A program made the translations under genes and the position numbers. DNA of 64,000 nucleotides from Sedimenticolaceae bacterium (GTDB lineage Bacteria; Pseudomonadota; Gammaproteobacteria; Chromatiales; Chromatiaceae), in assembly GCA_965224515.1 (NCBI GenBank), contig OZ245051.1:3098267-3162266 (forward strand), given 5' to 3'. Shown one piece after another: positions 20,951 through 32,944 of this stretch. The stretch's first letter is position 1; each line of letters begins with the position of its first letter. Below the pieces are notes generated by a model. The model did no database searches. It saw nothing but the letters and a program-made list of their open reading frames with translations, and was not told the DNA's origin.

Positions 20951-21649
20951 TTACCTGTCGGATACTGGCAGGCCCAGCCAGCTGATAATCTCCGTGGGCG
21001 TATCCACACTGCCATCGGCTCCCCACTCTCCGGGCTTATCCTCATCACCAATATAGCCGAACAGGGCGGTAAGGGTTGCGGTTCCAGCTACCCGGCCTGC
21101 CTCGATATCCCTCTCGGCATCGCCTACATACAGGCATTCGGCTGCACTGCCGCCTGCCAGTTCACAGGCGTGGAGTATAGGTTCTGGATGAGGCTTGCTG
21201 TTTGCCGTGGTATCACCACTGACAATGCATGCGGCACGCCTGTCCAGCTGCATGCTCTGCATCAGGGGGTCGGTCAACCATGAGGGTTTGTTGGTGACGA
21301 TTCCCCATGCGATACCGTTACTCTCCAGGGTGCTCAGTACCTGCTCCATGCCTGGAAACAGGGTGGTCTCCCGGTGAATATTCTCACGGTATATCTCAAG
21401 CAGGTCCTGGCGGTAGGTCTCGAAGTCGGGGTGCTCCGGTTCGATCTGAAAACCCGCTTGTATGAGCGCCTTACCACCGTGTGAAACATGGGGCCTGATC
21501 TCCTCAAGGGGCAGGGCATCTCTGCCATGGCGCATCAGGGTCTGGTTCAGCGCGTAAGCAAGATCCGGTGCCGTATCAGCAAAGGTGCCATCAAGATCGA
21601 ACAGTACGACCCGAATCGAGCGGTCGCAGCAGGCGGCTGGTTCAGGCAT
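20951..21649 (-). CDS. gph: Phosphoglycolate phosphatase (HAD)
   Basis: ORF trimmed to the ATG at 21647-21649 (MPEPAA...). HAD motif [10 protein letters not shown]. Overlaps the ubiG 3' end by 8 nt. Confidence 0.8.
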   Translation of the reverse strand: MPEPAACCDRSIRVVLFDLDGTFADTAPDLAYALNQTLMRHGRDALPLEEIRPHVSHGGKALIQAGFQIEPEHPDFETYRQDLLEIYRENIHRETTLFPGMEQVLSTLESNGIAWGIVTNKPSWLTDPLMQSMQLDRRAACIVSGDTTANSKPHPEPILHACELAGGSAAECLYVGDAERDIEAGRVAGTATLTALFGYIGDEDKPGEWGADGSVDTPTEIISWLGLPVSDR

Positions 21650-22358
21650 CGGTATCCTTGCTGCAGCCGACCATGTAGTTGACGTCCACATCTGTGGAAT
21701 CCAGGCGGTACTTGCCGGTCAGCGGGTTATATACGAGCCCGGTCATGCTGTCTGTGTCGATTCCCGCCTGGCGGATCCAGGTGTCGAGTTCGGAAGGGCG
21801 AATGAACTTGGCGTAGTCGTGAGTGCCCTTGGGCAGGAGGTTGAGAATATACTCAGCCCCAATGATCGCGAACAGGTACGATTTGGGATTGCGGTTGAGG
21901 GTGGAGAAGAAGATGTGCCCACCCGGTTTTGTCAGGCGTGCGCAGGCCCTGACCACCGAGCTGGGGTCGGGTACATGCTCCAGCATCTCCATGCAGGTTA
22001 CTACATCGAATGATTCCGGCTGCTCCTCGGCCAGGCGCTCCACCGGTATACGCTCATAGTGGACCTCCAGCTGGGACTCCAGCAGATGGAGTCGTGCAAC
22101 CTCCAGGGGGGCCTCGCCCATGTCGATGCCGGTGACATCGGCACCTTTCGCGGCCATGCTCTCAGCAAGAATACCGCCGCCACAGCCTACATCCAGCACC
22201 TTTTTGCCCTGGAGATGGGCAATATCATCGATATAGCCAAGGCGCAGGGGGTTGATCTCGTGCAGTGGCTTGAACTCGCTGTGGGGGTCCCACCAGCGTG
22301 CCGCCAGTTCTTCAAACTTACTGATCTCTGCGTGATCGACGTTGATGGATTCGCTCAT
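21642..22358 (-). CDS. ubiG: Ubiquinone biosynthesis O-methyltransferase
   Basis: 238 aa with SAM motif [13 protein letters not shown] and a UbiG-like N-terminus. Confidence 0.9.
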   Translation of the reverse strand: MSESINVDHAEISKFEELAARWWDPHSEFKPLHEINPLRLGYIDDIAHLQGKKVLDVGCGGGILAESMAAKGADVTGIDMGEAPLEVARLHLLESQLEVHYERIPVERLAEEQPESFDVVTCMEMLEHVPDPSSVVRACARLTKPGGHIFFSTLNRNPKSYLFAIIGAEYILNLLPKGTHDYAKFIRPSELDTWIRQAGIDTDSMTGLVYNPLTGKYRLDSTDVDVNYMVGCSKDTDA

Positions 22359-22405
22359 ACGGGTGCTGCTCTTGGTAAATGGATCGCGGGATTATAGCGT
22401 TACGG

Positions 22406-22876
22406 CTATTCCAATGCTTCCTCTATCACACTCTCAAACAGATCGGTCAGGGCTGCTGTCGCCTCGCCAGCCTCTCCAAGCATGACCGGGCGGCGGTAGG
22501 TCACGTAGGTGTTTTCAGGCTCTCCGGCCTTGACATAGATGCCGATGGTCAAAGGACAGATGGATAGGTTGGCCGGATGTGCAGAGGACATCTTGTGGGA
22601 GAGCAGCACGCTGCAAAACTCAAGGGACTCGGCTTTCTCGTAGAGCTTGGTGTGACCTGTGTCTTTTGCGGTGCGTTGCAGCATATCGCTGATATGCAGG
22701 GTACCGCTGATCAGCATGCCCCTGCCCGTGATGGCCAACTCAATGTTTTCCCTGGTGTCGTCAAAACTGTAGTCGGTTTTGAATATGACAATCGGGGCGT
22801 CTGCTGGTGAAATCGCCTCTGCGGCCCAGGCGCTCAGGGTGCTGAAGCTGAGGATCAGGATGAGTAAATAGCGCAT
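22406..22876 (-). CDS. Secreted DUF302-domain protein
   Basis: 156 aa with signal peptide MRYLLILILSFSTLSAWA. The body resembles DUF302. Confidence 0.6.
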   Translation of the reverse strand: MRYLLILILSFSTLSAWAAEAISPADAPIVIFKTDYSFDDTRENIELAITGRGMLISGTLHISDMLQRTAKDTGHTKLYEKAESLEFCSVLLSHKMSSAHPANLSICPLTIGIYVKAGEPENTYVTYRRPVMLGEAGEATAALTDLFESVIEEALE

Positions 22877-22918
22877 TATCGGTATCGCCTTTGGATTGGT
22901 TTAATCTATGATTTTGAA

Positions 22919-24268
22919 CTAGGTGAACTCCAGAAGTTCATCTATGTCCGCAATTTTTCTGTTCCATTCGACCGCTTTCAAGAGGATCTCGTTTTGGTCC
23001 AGGGTGGTTAATTCACCACTATTCACAACATGGCGCCCGGCGATCCAGACATCGGACACCTTGTCCCTTCCCGTTGCGTAAACCAGGTGTGATACGGGGT
23101 GGTATAAGGGTTGGGTCTCCAGGGTACCCAGGTTCACCGCGGTAATATCAGCTGCCTTGCCAATCTCGAGCGAACCGGTCTCATCGGCGATGCCCAGCGC
23201 AATTGCCCCGTTCAGGGTGGCCATACGCAGGGCTGTGGCCGCCGGGAGGGAGCTGGCATCACCGGATACGCCCTTGGCAAGCAGTGCAGCAGTACGCATC
23301 TCGCTGAACATGTCCAGGTCGTTGTTGCTGGCCGCACCGTCGGTGCCAATGGCCACATTGATGCCTGCGTCAATCAGCTTGCTGACCGGACAGAAACCTG
23401 AAGCGAGTTTGAGGTTTGATTCGGGGCAGTGGACCACGCTGGCACCGGTCTCGGCAAAACGTTCGATCTCATCATCCTCGATCTGCGTCATGTGTACGGC
23501 TGCCAGGGATGGAGATACCAGGCCAAGGCTGTGTAGCCGTTCCAGGGGGCGGTTGCCGAATTTCTCGATTCCCTGGTTTATCTCGTCGGAAGTTTCATGC
23601 ACATGCATATGTATAGGAATGTCCAACTCATCTGCCAGGGTGCGCACCCGCTCAAGGGGGGCATTGGAGACAGAGTAGGGTGCATGGGGTGCAAAAGCGG
23701 TGGTGATAAGGCTGTTGTTTCGAAACTGATCGTGTACCTCAATCCCGCGATGCAGATACTCGTCCGGGCCGCTGGCCCAGGCAGATGGGAAGTCGATCAG
23801 GATCAGGCCGACTACTGCCCGCATGCCGGCAGTTGAACTGACCATGCCGGTCACATCAGGGAAGAAGTACATGTCATTGAAGCAGGTTGTACCGCCACGC
23901 AGCATTTCGGCAACTGCCAGTCGGGTGCCGTCCGCAATGAACTCTTCATTTACCCAGCGCCCTTCTGCCGGCCAGATATGGTCATTGAGCCAGGTCATCA
24001 GGGGCAGGTCATCGGCTAATCCCCGCAGCAGGCTCATGCTGGCATGGGTATGGGCGTTGATCAGGCCGGGGATAAGGGCGTGGTTTCCGAGTTCATGTTC
24101 GTTCTCGGCACGGTATTTTACCCGGGCCTGTTCACTTGGCAGGATCTCCAGAATTCTGCCGTGTTCAACTGCGATGCTGTATCCCTCGAGAACGCGGTTG
24201 TCAGGAGCCACCGGAATAACCCAACGGGCGTGGAGGAGGCTCTCGATCTCTGTCTTATCTTCTTCCAA
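22919..24268 (-). CDS. mtaD: 5-methylthioadenosine/S-adenosylhomocysteine deaminase (TRZ/ATZ amidohydrolase)
   Basis: 449 aa with metal-binding NAHTHASMS. Divergent from mtnA as in Pseudomonas. Confidence 0.8.
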   Translation of the reverse strand: MEEDKTEIESLLHARWVIPVAPDNRVLEGYSIAVEHGRILEILPSEQARVKYRAENEHELGNHALIPGLINAHTHASMSLLRGLADDLPLMTWLNDHIWPAEGRWVNEEFIADGTRLAVAEMLRGGTTCFNDMYFFPDVTGMVSSTAGMRAVVGLILIDFPSAWASGPDEYLHRGIEVHDQFRNNSLITTAFAPHAPYSVSNAPLERVRTLADELDIPIHMHVHETSDEINQGIEKFGNRPLERLHSLGLVSPSLAAVHMTQIEDDEIERFAETGASVVHCPESNLKLASGFCPVSKLIDAGINVAIGTDGAASNNDLDMFSEMRTAALLAKGVSGDASSLPAATALRMATLNGAIALGIADETGSLEIGKAADITAVNLGTLETQPLYHPVSHLVYATGRDKVSDVWIAGRHVVNSGELTTLDQNEILLKAVEWNRKIADIDELLEFT

Positions 24269-24402
24269 ATCTCATCCTCGGATTGAATGGGGTCTGTATT
24301 GTATGGGCTGTTGTTTTGTTATCTGGTCCACTGTGTGGTTTTTCTCCCAAATGCCAGACACCATCTGTAGAATATGCCGAATTTGCCACGGGTTTACGAA
24401 AG

Positions 24403-25461
24403 ATGGAAGCTTTACCTCTTAATATTCCGGCTGATGCGGATCATGCAATCGTCTGGGCCAATGACCGTCTGTACCTTCTCGATCAGCGTATCCTGCCTGG
24501 AGAAGAGCAGTTTCTTGAGCTGCAGAGTGCAGAGCAGACGGCCAATGCCATTCGTGACATGGTGGTGCGCGGGGCTCCGGCCATTGGTATCACTGCGGCC
24601 TTTGGGGTGGTACTGGCTGCACGGCGATGCTACAGGGAGTTCAAGGGGGGGTGGAGATCGGCTATTGAGCCTGAACTTGAGACCCTTGCGGCATCCCGTC
24701 CAACCGCGGTAAACCTGTTTTGGGCTTTACACCGCATGGAGCAGGTGATGGCCGGCCTGGGCGAGGGCGATCCGGTTCCTGCCTTATTGGCCGAAGCGCG
24801 GCTTATCCACGATGAGGACATTGCTGCTAACCGGCATATGGGGGATCTGGGTGCTGCGCTTATAGATGAAACAACCTCGGTTATAACCCATTGCAATGCA
24901 GGCGCCCTGGCAACCGGTGGTTACGGCACAGCCCTGGGTGTGATTCGCAGTGCACACTCTGCCGGTAAAATTGAGATGGTCTATGCCGATGAGACCAGGC
25001 CCTGGCTACAAGGCTCGCGACTGACCGCCTGGGAACTCTCAAGGGACAATATTCCAGTCACCCTGCTTACTGATGGTGCGGCAGCCAGTCGCATGGCCAG
25101 GGGAGGGATCGGCTGGATCATTGTCGGTTCCGACCGTATCGCCGCCAACGGGGATGTCGCAAACAAGATCGGAACATACAGCCTGGCAGTAGCAGCCAGG
25201 CACCATGGAGTGAAAGTGATGGTTGCCGCTCCAACCTCAACTATTGATATGGGTGTGGCCAGCGGCGGGGATATTCCCATTGAATCACGGGACCCGTCCG
25301 AGGTCCTTTGCTGCGGCGGCCGGCAGGTGGGCGCCAGTGGTGTTTCGGCCTGGAATCCGGTGTTTGACGTCACCCCGGCGGCGCTGGTTGATGCCATCGT
25401 GACTGAAAAGGGTGTTGTTCTCTCGCCAGATGCGAAAAAGATGGCAGATTTAATGGCCTGA
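24403..25461 (+). CDS. mtnA: S-methyl-5-thioribose-1-phosphate isomerase
   Basis: ORF trimmed to the ATG at 24403 (MEALPLNIP...). eIF-2B-family motifs [13 protein letters not shown] and [18 protein letters not shown]. Confidence 0.9.
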   Translation: MEALPLNIPADADHAIVWANDRLYLLDQRILPGEEQFLELQSAEQTANAIRDMVVRGAPAIGITAAFGVVLAARRCYREFKGGWRSAIEPELETLAASRPTAVNLFWALHRMEQVMAGLGEGDPVPALLAEARLIHDEDIAANRHMGDLGAALIDETTSVITHCNAGALATGGYGTALGVIRSAHSAGKIEMVYADETRPWLQGSRLTAWELSRDNIPVTLLTDGAAASRMARGGIGWIIVGSDRIAANGDVANKIGTYSLAVAARHHGVKVMVAAPTSTIDMGVASGGDIPIESRDPSEVLCCGGRQVGASGVSAWNPVFDVTPAALVDAIVTEKGVVLSPDAKKMADLMA

Positions 25462-25471
25462 TAAGCTCAGA

Positions 25472-25506
25472 GCCCCTGAAACGCGATTTCAGGCGGCTTT
25501 TTTTTC
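25472..25506 (+). terminator. Rho-independent terminator of mtnA
   Basis: CCTGAAA-CGCGA-TTTCAGG stem (extended by GC pairs) followed by T8. Confidence 0.8.
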
Positions 25507-25646
25507 AGGCAGTACCCTATCCAAATGTGGTATTATCGTCGGCTCATAAAAGCAATTAGCCGAAATCCCTTGGATACGTCGGGATAACAAACGGCACCTT
25601 ACCAAAAGAGAGCTGCTCCAGGCGGCAGGGATAGATAAGAAAGCTT

Positions 25647-28232
25647 ATGACCGAATTCGCCAAAGAAGTCTTACCGGTCAATCTCGAAGACGAGATGCAA
25701 CAGTCCTATCTCGATTACGCCATGAGCGTAATCGTTGGACGTGCACTGCCGGATGTGCGTGATGGAATGAAACCGGTCCATCGCCGGGTGCTCTACGCAA
25801 TGAGCGTGTTGGGCAACGACTGGAACAAGGCCTACAAGAAATCGGCCCGTGTGGTCGGTGACGTTATCGGTAAGTATCACCCCCATGGCGATACGGCGGT
25901 GTACGACACCATTGTTCGCATGGCACAGCCGTTTTCCATGCGCTACATGCTGGTGGACGGGCAGGGTAACTTTGGTTCTGTGGACGGCGATTCGCCTGCT
26001 GCCATGCGTTATACAGAAGTTCGCATGGCCAAGATCGCACACAGCATGCTGGATGACCTGGACAAGGAGACGGTTGACTTCATCGCCAACTACGATGAAT
26101 CCGAGTCCGAGCCCGCGGTACTTCCTGCCCGCATTCCCAATCTGCTGGTCAATGGATCTGCCGGTATCGCGGTGGGTATGGCGACCAATATACCGCCTCA
26201 CAATATTACCGAGGTGATCAACGGCGCTGTGGCGCTGATCGACGATCCTGAAATCTCCATCGATGGATTGATGGAGTACATCCCAGGACCCGATTTTCCG
26301 ACTGCAGGTTTCATCAATGGCGCCCGGGGCATACACGAGGCTTACCATACAGGTCGTGGCCGCATTTACATGCGTGCCCGCAGCGAGATAGAAACCGACG
26401 ATTCGAACAACAAGCAGCGCATTATCGTTACCGAGCTTCCTTACCAGGTAAACAAGGCGCGGATGCTTGAAAAGATCGCCGAACTGGTTAAAGAGAAGCG
26501 TCTCGAAGGCATCACGGAGCTGCGTGATGAATCCGACAAGGACGGTATGCGGGTGGTTATTGAGCTGCGTCGCGGTGAAGTGGCCGAGGTGGTTCTGAAC
26601 AATCTCTACCAGCACACCCAGATGCAGACTGTCTTCGGCATCAACATGGTGGCACTGGTGGACAGCCAGCCCCGCCTGCTCAACCTTAAGCAGATTCTGC
26701 AGTACTTCCTGCGTCACCGCCGCGAAGTGGTTACCCGGCGCACCCTGTTCGAACTGCGCAAGGCGCGGGAACGGGCCCATGTACTGGAAGGCCTGGCGGT
26801 TGCCCTGGCCAATATCGATGAGGTCATTGAGCTGATCAAGGCTGCCCCCAGTCCCGGGGAAGCGAAGAAAGGGCTTCTGGCCCGTCATTGGCAGTCCGGA
26901 ACGGTCGAGGCGATGCTGGAGCGAGCCGGCGCAGATGCGTCCAAGCCCCAGGACCTGGAGCCGGGATATGGTCTGACTGAAAAAGGTTATCTTCTGACCG
27001 AGACCCAGGCGCAGGCGATTCTTGATCTTCGCCTTCACCGTCTTACCGGTCTTGAGCAGGACAAAATACTTAATGAATACAGTGAGATAATAGATAAAAT
27101 TAAGTTCTTACTTGATATTCTCTCCAGCCCGGACAGGCTGATGACGGTGATCCGCGAAGAGCTGGTTGCCATCCAGGAGCAGTACGGGGATGAGCGTCGC
27201 ACCGAGATCATCCAGACCCGCCTGGACCTGACACTGGAGGACCTCATCACCGAAGAGGATGTGGTGGTGACTCTCTCCCACGCAGGCTACGCCAAGGCCC
27301 AGACTCTGGACACTTACCAGGCACAACGCCGCGGTGGCAAGGGTAAGACTGCGACCAGCACCAAGGATGAGGATTTCGTCGATCAGTTGTTCGTGGCCAA
27401 TACCCACGACACCATTCTCTGCTTCTCAAGCCGGGGCAGGGTCTACTGGTTGAAGGTCTATGAACTGCCCCAGGCCGGTCGTAACGCCCGTGGCAAGCCC
27501 ATCGTCAACCTGCTGCCCCTGGAGCAGGATGAGCGCATCAACGCTGTACTGCCTATCCGGGAGTATGACGAGAACAAGTACATCTTCATGGCCACCAGCA
27601 CCGGTACCGTGAAGAAGACACGCCTCACGGACTTCTCCCGTCCCAGGGCCAGCGGCATCATCGCCGTGGACCTGAGAGATGATGATCAGCTCGTTGGGGT
27701 TGCCATTACCGATGGCAGCAAGGATGTGATGCTCTTTACCTCTGCCGGCAAGGCGATACGCTTCGAAGAGTCCAAGGTCCGACCCATGGGCCGTACTGCG
27801 TGCGGTGTTCGCGGTGTGCGGTTGGATGAGGGGCAGCAGGTCATCTCGCTGATTATTGCCGAGGAGGACCGCACCGTTCTTACCGTAACCGAAAACGGCT
27901 ACGGAAAACGCACGCCGGTCGATCAGTTCCCCATAAAGGGACGTGGCGGCATGGGTGTGATATCGGTAAAAACATCCGATCGCAACGGAGCCCAGGTGGG
28001 TGCTGTGCTGGTTGAAGAGAGTGATGAGATCATGCTCATCACCAATGGCGGCACCCTGGTGCGTACCCGGGTTGACGATGTCTCCGTGATGGGACGCGGC
28101 ACCCAGGGTGTGACCATGATCAGACTCTCGAAAAACGAGAAACTGGTGGGTATCGAAAGAATTGAATCCCTCGATGAAGAAGGGGATGAGTCAGAAGAAG
28201 AGTCTGTCGAAGCGGACACTGGCGAGGAGTAA
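25647..28232 (+). CDS. gyrA: DNA gyrase subunit A
   Basis: 861 aa. Catalytic Tyr in [28 protein letters not shown], acidic C-terminal tail. Confidence 0.98.
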   Translation: MTEFAKEVLPVNLEDEMQQSYLDYAMSVIVGRALPDVRDGMKPVHRRVLYAMSVLGNDWNKAYKKSARVVGDVIGKYHPHGDTAVYDTIVRMAQPFSMRYMLVDGQGNFGSVDGDSPAAMRYTEVRMAKIAHSMLDDLDKETVDFIANYDESESEPAVLPARIPNLLVNGSAGIAVGMATNIPPHNITEVINGAVALIDDPEISIDGLMEYIPGPDFPTAGFINGARGIHEAYHTGRGRIYMRARSEIETDDSNNKQRIIVTELPYQVNKARMLEKIAELVKEKRLEGITELRDESDKDGMRVVIELRRGEVAEVVLNNLYQHTQMQTVFGINMVALVDSQPRLLNLKQILQYFLRHRREVVTRRTLFELRKARERAHVLEGLAVALANIDEVIELIKAAPSPGEAKKGLLARHWQSGTVEAMLERAGADASKPQDLEPGYGLTEKGYLLTETQAQAILDLRLHRLTGLEQDKILNEYSEIIDKIKFLLDILSSPDRLMTVIREELVAIQEQYGDERRTEIIQTRLDLTLEDLITEEDVVVTLSHAGYAKAQTLDTYQAQRRGGKGKTATSTKDEDFVDQLFVANTHDTILCFSSRGRVYWLKVYELPQAGRNARGKPIVNLLPLEQDERINAVLPIREYDENKYIFMATSTGTVKKTRLTDFSRPRASGIIAVDLRDDDQLVGVAITDGSKDVMLFTSAGKAIRFEESKVRPMGRTACGVRGVRLDEGQQVISLIIAEEDRTVLTVTENGYGKRTPVDQFPIKGRGGMGVISVKTSDRNGAQVGAVLVEESDEIMLITNGGTLVRTRVDDVSVMGRGTQGVTMIRLSKNEKLVGIERIESLDEEGDESEEESVEADTGEE

Positions 28233-28303
28233 CGGTTCAGCAGGCCCATAGCTGCCTGCTGAAGAGACCTAAACCAACAACTTGTAAGGCTGGAGAAAGC
28301 AGA

Positions 28304-29383
28304 ATGTCCCGAGTGTACAACTTCAGTGCCGGGCCGGCGGCGCTACCCGAAGATGTGTTGAAGCAGGCCCAGGAAGAGCTCCTGGACTGGCACGGCAGTG
28401 GTATGTCGGTGATGGAGATGAGCCATCGCGGCAAGGAGTATATGTCTATCGCTGGTGAGGCGGAAAGCGACCTGCGCGAGCTGATGGCAATTCCTGACAA
28501 CTACAAGGTCATGTTCCTTCAGGGTGGGGCTTCCAGCCAGTTCGCCATGGTGCCGCTGAATCTTTTAAACGGTAAGAAAGGCGCCGACTACATCAATACC
28601 GGCTCCTGGTCCAAGAAGGCAATAGCTGAGGCCAAGCGCTACTGCGATGTGAATATCGCCGGTGCGACTCCGGATGGTCAGTTCACGGTTCCCGCGGAAG
28701 GCGATCTGAGCCTGAATGCCGACGCCGCCTATGTTCACTACACGCCGAACGAGACCATTCAGGGTATCGAGTTCCCGTATGTGCCTGGTACCGGAGATGT
28801 TCCGCTTGTGGCTGATTTCTCATCCACCATCCTCTCCAGGCCTGTGGACGTCTCCAAGTATGGTGTGATCTACGCAGGGGCTCAGAAAAATATTGGTCCC
28901 GCCGGTCTGACCGTGGTGATCGTGCGTGAAGACCTGATTGGTAATGCGGCAGATGACGCTCCCACCATGTTCAACTATGCCACCCATTCAGGCGCGGATT
29001 CCATGTACAACACGCCGCCCACCTATGGCTGGTACCTGGCAGGGCTGGTCTTCAAGTGGATCAAGGCCAACGGCGGTCTGGACGTTATGGCGGTTGTCAA
29101 CGAGCGCAAGGCAGAGTCCCTCTACGCGGCGATCGACAACTCGGATTTCTACAACAATCCCGTGGATCCCGCATGCCGCTCCTGGATGAACGTACCGTTC
29201 ACCCTGGCTGATGCCGAACTGGATGCAACCTTCCTTAGTGAAGCATCAGAGGTCGGTCTCAAGACCCTTAAGGGGCACCGGTCAGTTGGTGGCATGCGCG
29301 CCAGCATCTACAACGCGATGCCCGAAGCCGGTGTTCAGGCACTGGTTGATTTCATGGCTGATTTTGAGAAGCGCCACGGTTGA
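28304..29383 (+). CDS. serC: Phosphoserine aminotransferase
   Basis: 359 aa. [15 protein letters not shown] with PLP-Lys region [12 protein letters not shown]. Confidence 0.95.
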   Translation: MSRVYNFSAGPAALPEDVLKQAQEELLDWHGSGMSVMEMSHRGKEYMSIAGEAESDLRELMAIPDNYKVMFLQGGASSQFAMVPLNLLNGKKGADYINTGSWSKKAIAEAKRYCDVNIAGATPDGQFTVPAEGDLSLNADAAYVHYTPNETIQGIEFPYVPGTGDVPLVADFSSTILSRPVDVSKYGVIYAGAQKNIGPAGLTVVIVREDLIGNAADDAPTMFNYATHSGADSMYNTPPTYGWYLAGLVFKWIKANGGLDVMAVVNERKAESLYAAIDNSDFYNNPVDPACRSWMNVPFTLADAELDATFLSEASEVGLKTLKGHRSVGGMRASIYNAMPEAGVQALVDFMADFEKRHG

Positions 29384-29455
29384 AAATCAATATAATGCGG
29401 GGAGTGTCATAGACGCTCCTCGCAATAATAATCATTAGAGAGAGGGTTAAGAGTC

Positions 29456-30637
29456 ATGCATAAAGTATTGACCCTGAATAATATTTCAGTAGCTGGTCTA
29501 GATCGTCTTCCACGGGATAATTATGAAGTTGCATCGGAAATCGCACATCCCGACGCGATACTTCTGCGCTCCTACAAAATGCACGACATGGAGATCCCCG
29601 AGACGGTGAAAGCCATCGGTCGCGCCGGAGCAGGTGTGAATAATATCCCGGTCGATAAAATGACCGAAATGGGCATCCCGGTATTCAATGCGCCGGGCGC
29701 CAACTCCAACGCTGTGAAAGAGCTGGTCTTGGCCGGCATGCTGATGGCGGCCCGAAACATCGGTCAGGCGTGGAACTTCTCCCGCGGTCTGTCGGGCGAG
29801 GATGCCGCAATCAACAAAGATGTTGAGAAGGGCAAGAAGAACTACGTGGGTTTTGAGCTGCCCGGGCGTACCCTTGGCGTCGTCGGTCTCGGTGCTATCG
29901 GTGTTCGTGTGGCCAATGCGGCTCGTTCGCTGGGCATGAATGTCATCGGTTACGATCCCACCATCACTGTAAAGGCCGCCTGGCAGCTCTCTGCAGATGT
30001 GGACCAGGCCCTCAGTGTGGACGACCTGATCTCCAAGTCCGACTTCATCACATTTCATGTGCCGCTGATTGACGCGACAAAGCACATGATCAATGCAGAT
30101 CGCCTCAAGTTAATGAAGAAGAATGGCGTTTTGCTTAATTTTGCCCGCAACGGCATCATCGATGATGAGGCGGTGGTAGAGGCCCTTGATGATGGTCATC
30201 TCTATGCTTATGTCTGTGACTTTCCCAGCAACCTGCTGAAAGACCACCCGCGCTGCATTACGCTGCCCCACCTCGGTGCATCCACCACGGAAGCCGAAGA
30301 GAACTGCGCCATCATGGTGGCAGATCAGGTTAGCGACTATCTTGAGAACGGCAACATTCTCAACGCGGTCAACTTCCCTGAAATCAATCTGCCCAGAAAT
30401 GGCGGGCACCGAATCTGCGTGGTGAATTCCAATGTGCCCAACATGGTGGGACAGATATCCACGGATCTTGCCGAAGGTGGTCTGAACATTATCGACATGC
30501 TGAACAAGTCACTGGACGATATTGCTGTGACCCTGCTGGATGTCCACGATGAACCGGACCAGGCCACGCTGGACCGCATCGCCTCTATCGAAGGTGTGCT
30601 GTCTGTCAGGTGCCTTGGATGTACGAAGAAAGATTGA
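29456..30637 (+). CDS. serA: D-3-phosphoglycerate dehydrogenase with C-terminal ACT domain
   Basis: 393 aa with NAD motif GVVGLGAIGVRVA, a 2-hydroxyacid dehydrogenase core and an ACT-like tail. Confidence 0.8.
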   Translation: MHKVLTLNNISVAGLDRLPRDNYEVASEIAHPDAILLRSYKMHDMEIPETVKAIGRAGAGVNNIPVDKMTEMGIPVFNAPGANSNAVKELVLAGMLMAARNIGQAWNFSRGLSGEDAAINKDVEKGKKNYVGFELPGRTLGVVGLGAIGVRVANAARSLGMNVIGYDPTITVKAAWQLSADVDQALSVDDLISKSDFITFHVPLIDATKHMINADRLKLMKKNGVLLNFARNGIIDDEAVVEALDDGHLYAYVCDFPSNLLKDHPRCITLPHLGASTTEAEENCAIMVADQVSDYLENGNILNAVNFPEINLPRNGGHRICVVNSNVPNMVGQISTDLAEGGLNIIDMLNKSLDDIAVTLLDVHDEPDQATLDRIASIEGVLSVRCLGCTKKD

Positions 30638-30647
30638 GTAGCCTGCT

Positions 30648-31733
30648 ATGAGTGACCAGGACAAACTCCAGGGTATACGTGAGCGTATCGACTCACTGGA
30701 TACCAAGATCCAGGAGTTGATAAATGATCGTGCGGCGGCAGCCCAGGAGGTTGCGCGAATCAAGTTGAAAGAGGATAAGGATGCTTTCTTCTATCGGCCT
30801 GATCGTGAAGCCTCTGTTCTGAAGACGATTCAGAAGCGCAATACCGGCCCCATGGGCAATGAAGAGATGGCACGCCTGTTCCGGGAGATCATGTCGGCAT
30901 GCCTAGCACTGGAACAGCCGATGAAGATCGCTTTCCTTGGGCCGGAGGGCACATTCACCCAGGCCGCTGCACTGAAACATTTCGGTCACTCGGTTATTAC
31001 AGCACCCATGGGTTCCATCTCCGATATTTTTCGTGAGGTGGAATCCGGGATTGCCCACTACGGCGTAGTGCCGGTGGAAAATTCAACCGAGGGTGTGATC
31101 AATCACACCCTGGATACGTTCATCACCTCACCTCTGCATATCTGCGGCGAAGTGATGTTGCGTATTCATCATCACCTGCTGAGCACAGCGCCGGATCTGA
31201 ATTCGGTAAAGAAGGTCTATTCCCATCAGCAGTCACTGGCCCAGTGCCGTCTCTGGCTGGATCGCAATCTGCCCCATGCTGAACAGATCACTGTCGGCAG
31301 CAACGCGGAAGCGGCAAGACTGGCCAAGGACGAGCCGGACTCCGCGGCCATTGCAGGTGAGATGGCGGCCGAGATCTATCAGCTCAAGGGCCTGGCAAAG
31401 AACATCGAGGATGAACCGGACAACACCACGCGTTTTCTGGTGATAGGGCGCCAAAAAGCGCTTCCTACCGGTGAAGACAAGACAACCCTGCTGTGCGCAA
31501 CCCGCAATGTGGCAGGTGGATTGAGCTCCCTGCTGACTCCCTTGGCGAAACATGGCATCAGCATGTCACGGATCGAATCCCGTCCATCCCGCAAGGGGAA
31601 CTGGGACTATGTCTTTTTCATTGATATCGACGGCCACCAGGACAATCCAAACATAAAGCAGGCGCTGGAAGATTTCGAAAAAGAGGCTCGTATGCTCAAG
31701 GTGTTGGGTTCATATCCCAATGCTGTTTTATGA
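30648..31733 (+). CDS. pheA: Bifunctional chorismate mutase / prephenate dehydratase
   Basis: 361 aa with N-terminal CM helix region. PDT motifs TTRFLVIG and SRIESRPS. Confidence 0.95.
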   Translation: MSDQDKLQGIRERIDSLDTKIQELINDRAAAAQEVARIKLKEDKDAFFYRPDREASVLKTIQKRNTGPMGNEEMARLFREIMSACLALEQPMKIAFLGPEGTFTQAAALKHFGHSVITAPMGSISDIFREVESGIAHYGVVPVENSTEGVINHTLDTFITSPLHICGEVMLRIHHHLLSTAPDLNSVKKVYSHQQSLAQCRLWLDRNLPHAEQITVGSNAEAARLAKDEPDSAAIAGEMAAEIYQLKGLAKNIEDEPDNTTRFLVIGRQKALPTGEDKTTLLCATRNVAGGLSSLLTPLAKHGISMSRIESRPSRKGNWDYVFFIDIDGHQDNPNIKQALEDFEKEARMLKVLGSYPNAVL

Positions 31734-31831
31734 TGACTTCTTGCATAGAGATTTAAAGCGCCAGGCGTTATACCAGTTCGAAATCCCTGCGCCTTGTGTG
31801 AATCCGCGGTGAACAGTTAAGGGCATATAAA

Positions 31832-32944
31832 ATGACAGACCAAACAAACAGATTTCTCGGTATCGCGGCCCCCGGTATTGCCAACCTGAAGCCCTATATT
31901 CCCGGTAAACCGATATCTGAGCTGGAACGTGAGCTCGGCATCAGCGATTCGGTCAAGCTCGCTTCCAACGAGAATCCGCTGGGCTGCAGTGAGAAGGCCA
32001 GGGCTGCCATGCAGGGGGAGCTGCCGGAGGCTGCCCGTTATCCTGATGGCGGTGGATTTGAGCTGTGCAATGCACTGGCTGCAAAACATGGTGTCGATGC
32101 CGGCTGCATCACCCTGGGCAACGGATCAAATGACGTACTGGATATGATTGCGCGGGTATTCCTGGCGCCCGGTTACGAGTCGATCTTCTCCCAGCACGCT
32201 TTCGCGGTCTATCCCATCAGCAGCCAGTCTGTCGGCGCCACCCTTAAAATGGCACCTGCAGACAATTACGGCCATGATCTGGAAGCCATGCTCAACCTGG
32301 TCGGTGAGAATACCCGGGTGGTCTGGGTGGCCAACCCCAACAACCCGACAGGAACCTGGCTAAACGGCGAAGAGCTCGAAAACTTTATTGCTGCGCTCCC
32401 CGACAACGTTATCGTCGTGGTGGATGAGGCGTACATAGAGTACGTTGACGAGGATGATTACCCTGACGCCAGTCAGTGGCTCTCCAAGTATCCAAACCTG
32501 ATCGTGACCCGGACATTCTCCAAGGCCTATGGACTGGCCTCTTTGCGTGTCGGATACGGCCTGTCCCACCCGGACATTGCCAACCTGTTGAACCGGGTTC
32601 GCCAGCCCTTCAACGTCAACAGCATGGCCCAGGCAGCGGCCCTGGCTGCACTGGACGACCAGGACTTCATTCAAAACTCCATTGAAATGAACAGTGCCGG
32701 CATGGAACAGCTGGTAACCGGTTTTGCAGAAATGGGTCTGCCGTACATCCCCTCTGTCGGCAACTTTATTACCGTCGACGTGGGCCGGCCGGTTGAGGAG
32801 GTTGATCAGGCGCTGCTCCGTGAAGGCTGCATCGGACGCCCGGTTGCAAATTACGGTCTCCCCAACCACCTTCGAATCACCGTTGGCCTCGAGGAAGAGA
32901 ACAGCCGGTTTCTCACCGCCCTGAAGAAGGTGCTGGATAAATGA
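31832..32944 (+). CDS. hisC: Histidinol-phosphate / aromatic aminotransferase
   Basis: 370 aa with PLP-Lys motif TFSKAYGLASLRVGY. Confidence 0.9.
   Translation: MTDQTNRFLGIAAPGIANLKPYIPGKPISELERELGISDSVKLASNENPLGCSEKARAAMQGELPEAARYPDGGGFELCNALAAKHGVDAGCITLGNGSNDVLDMIARVFLAPGYESIFSQHAFAVYPISSQSVGATLKMAPADNYGHDLEAMLNLVGENTRVVWVANPNNPTGTWLNGEELENFIAALPDNVIVVVDEAYIEYVDEDDYPDASQWLSKYPNLIVTRTFSKAYGLASLRVGYGLSHPDIANLLNRVRQPFNVNSMAQAAALAALDDQDFIQNSIEMNSAGMEQLVTGFAEMGLPYIPSVGNFITVDVGRPVEEVDQALLREGCIGRPVANYGLPNHLRITVGLEEENSRFLTALKKVLDK

Noticed and set aside
25849-25920. The gyrA QRDR as a possible fluoroquinolone-resistance allele.
   Set aside because: The sequence [11 protein letters not shown] has Thr at the Ser83-equivalent position and Asp at position 87. 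This is the wild-type state in Pseudomonas-like Gammaproteobacteria, not a resistance substitution.
25671-27038. Very long antisense ORFs inside well-supported genes: 455 aa opposite gyrA; 474 aa at 48966..50390 opposite fabH/fabG; 298 aa at 50952..51848; 315 aa at 53787..54734 opposite mltG; 299 aa at 45011..45910 opposite oadA.
   Set aside because: These are shadow ORFs, typical of GC-rich coding DNA. Their translations are low-complexity (rich in R, G, H, V) and match no family I recognise. The sense strands encode unambiguous conserved proteins.
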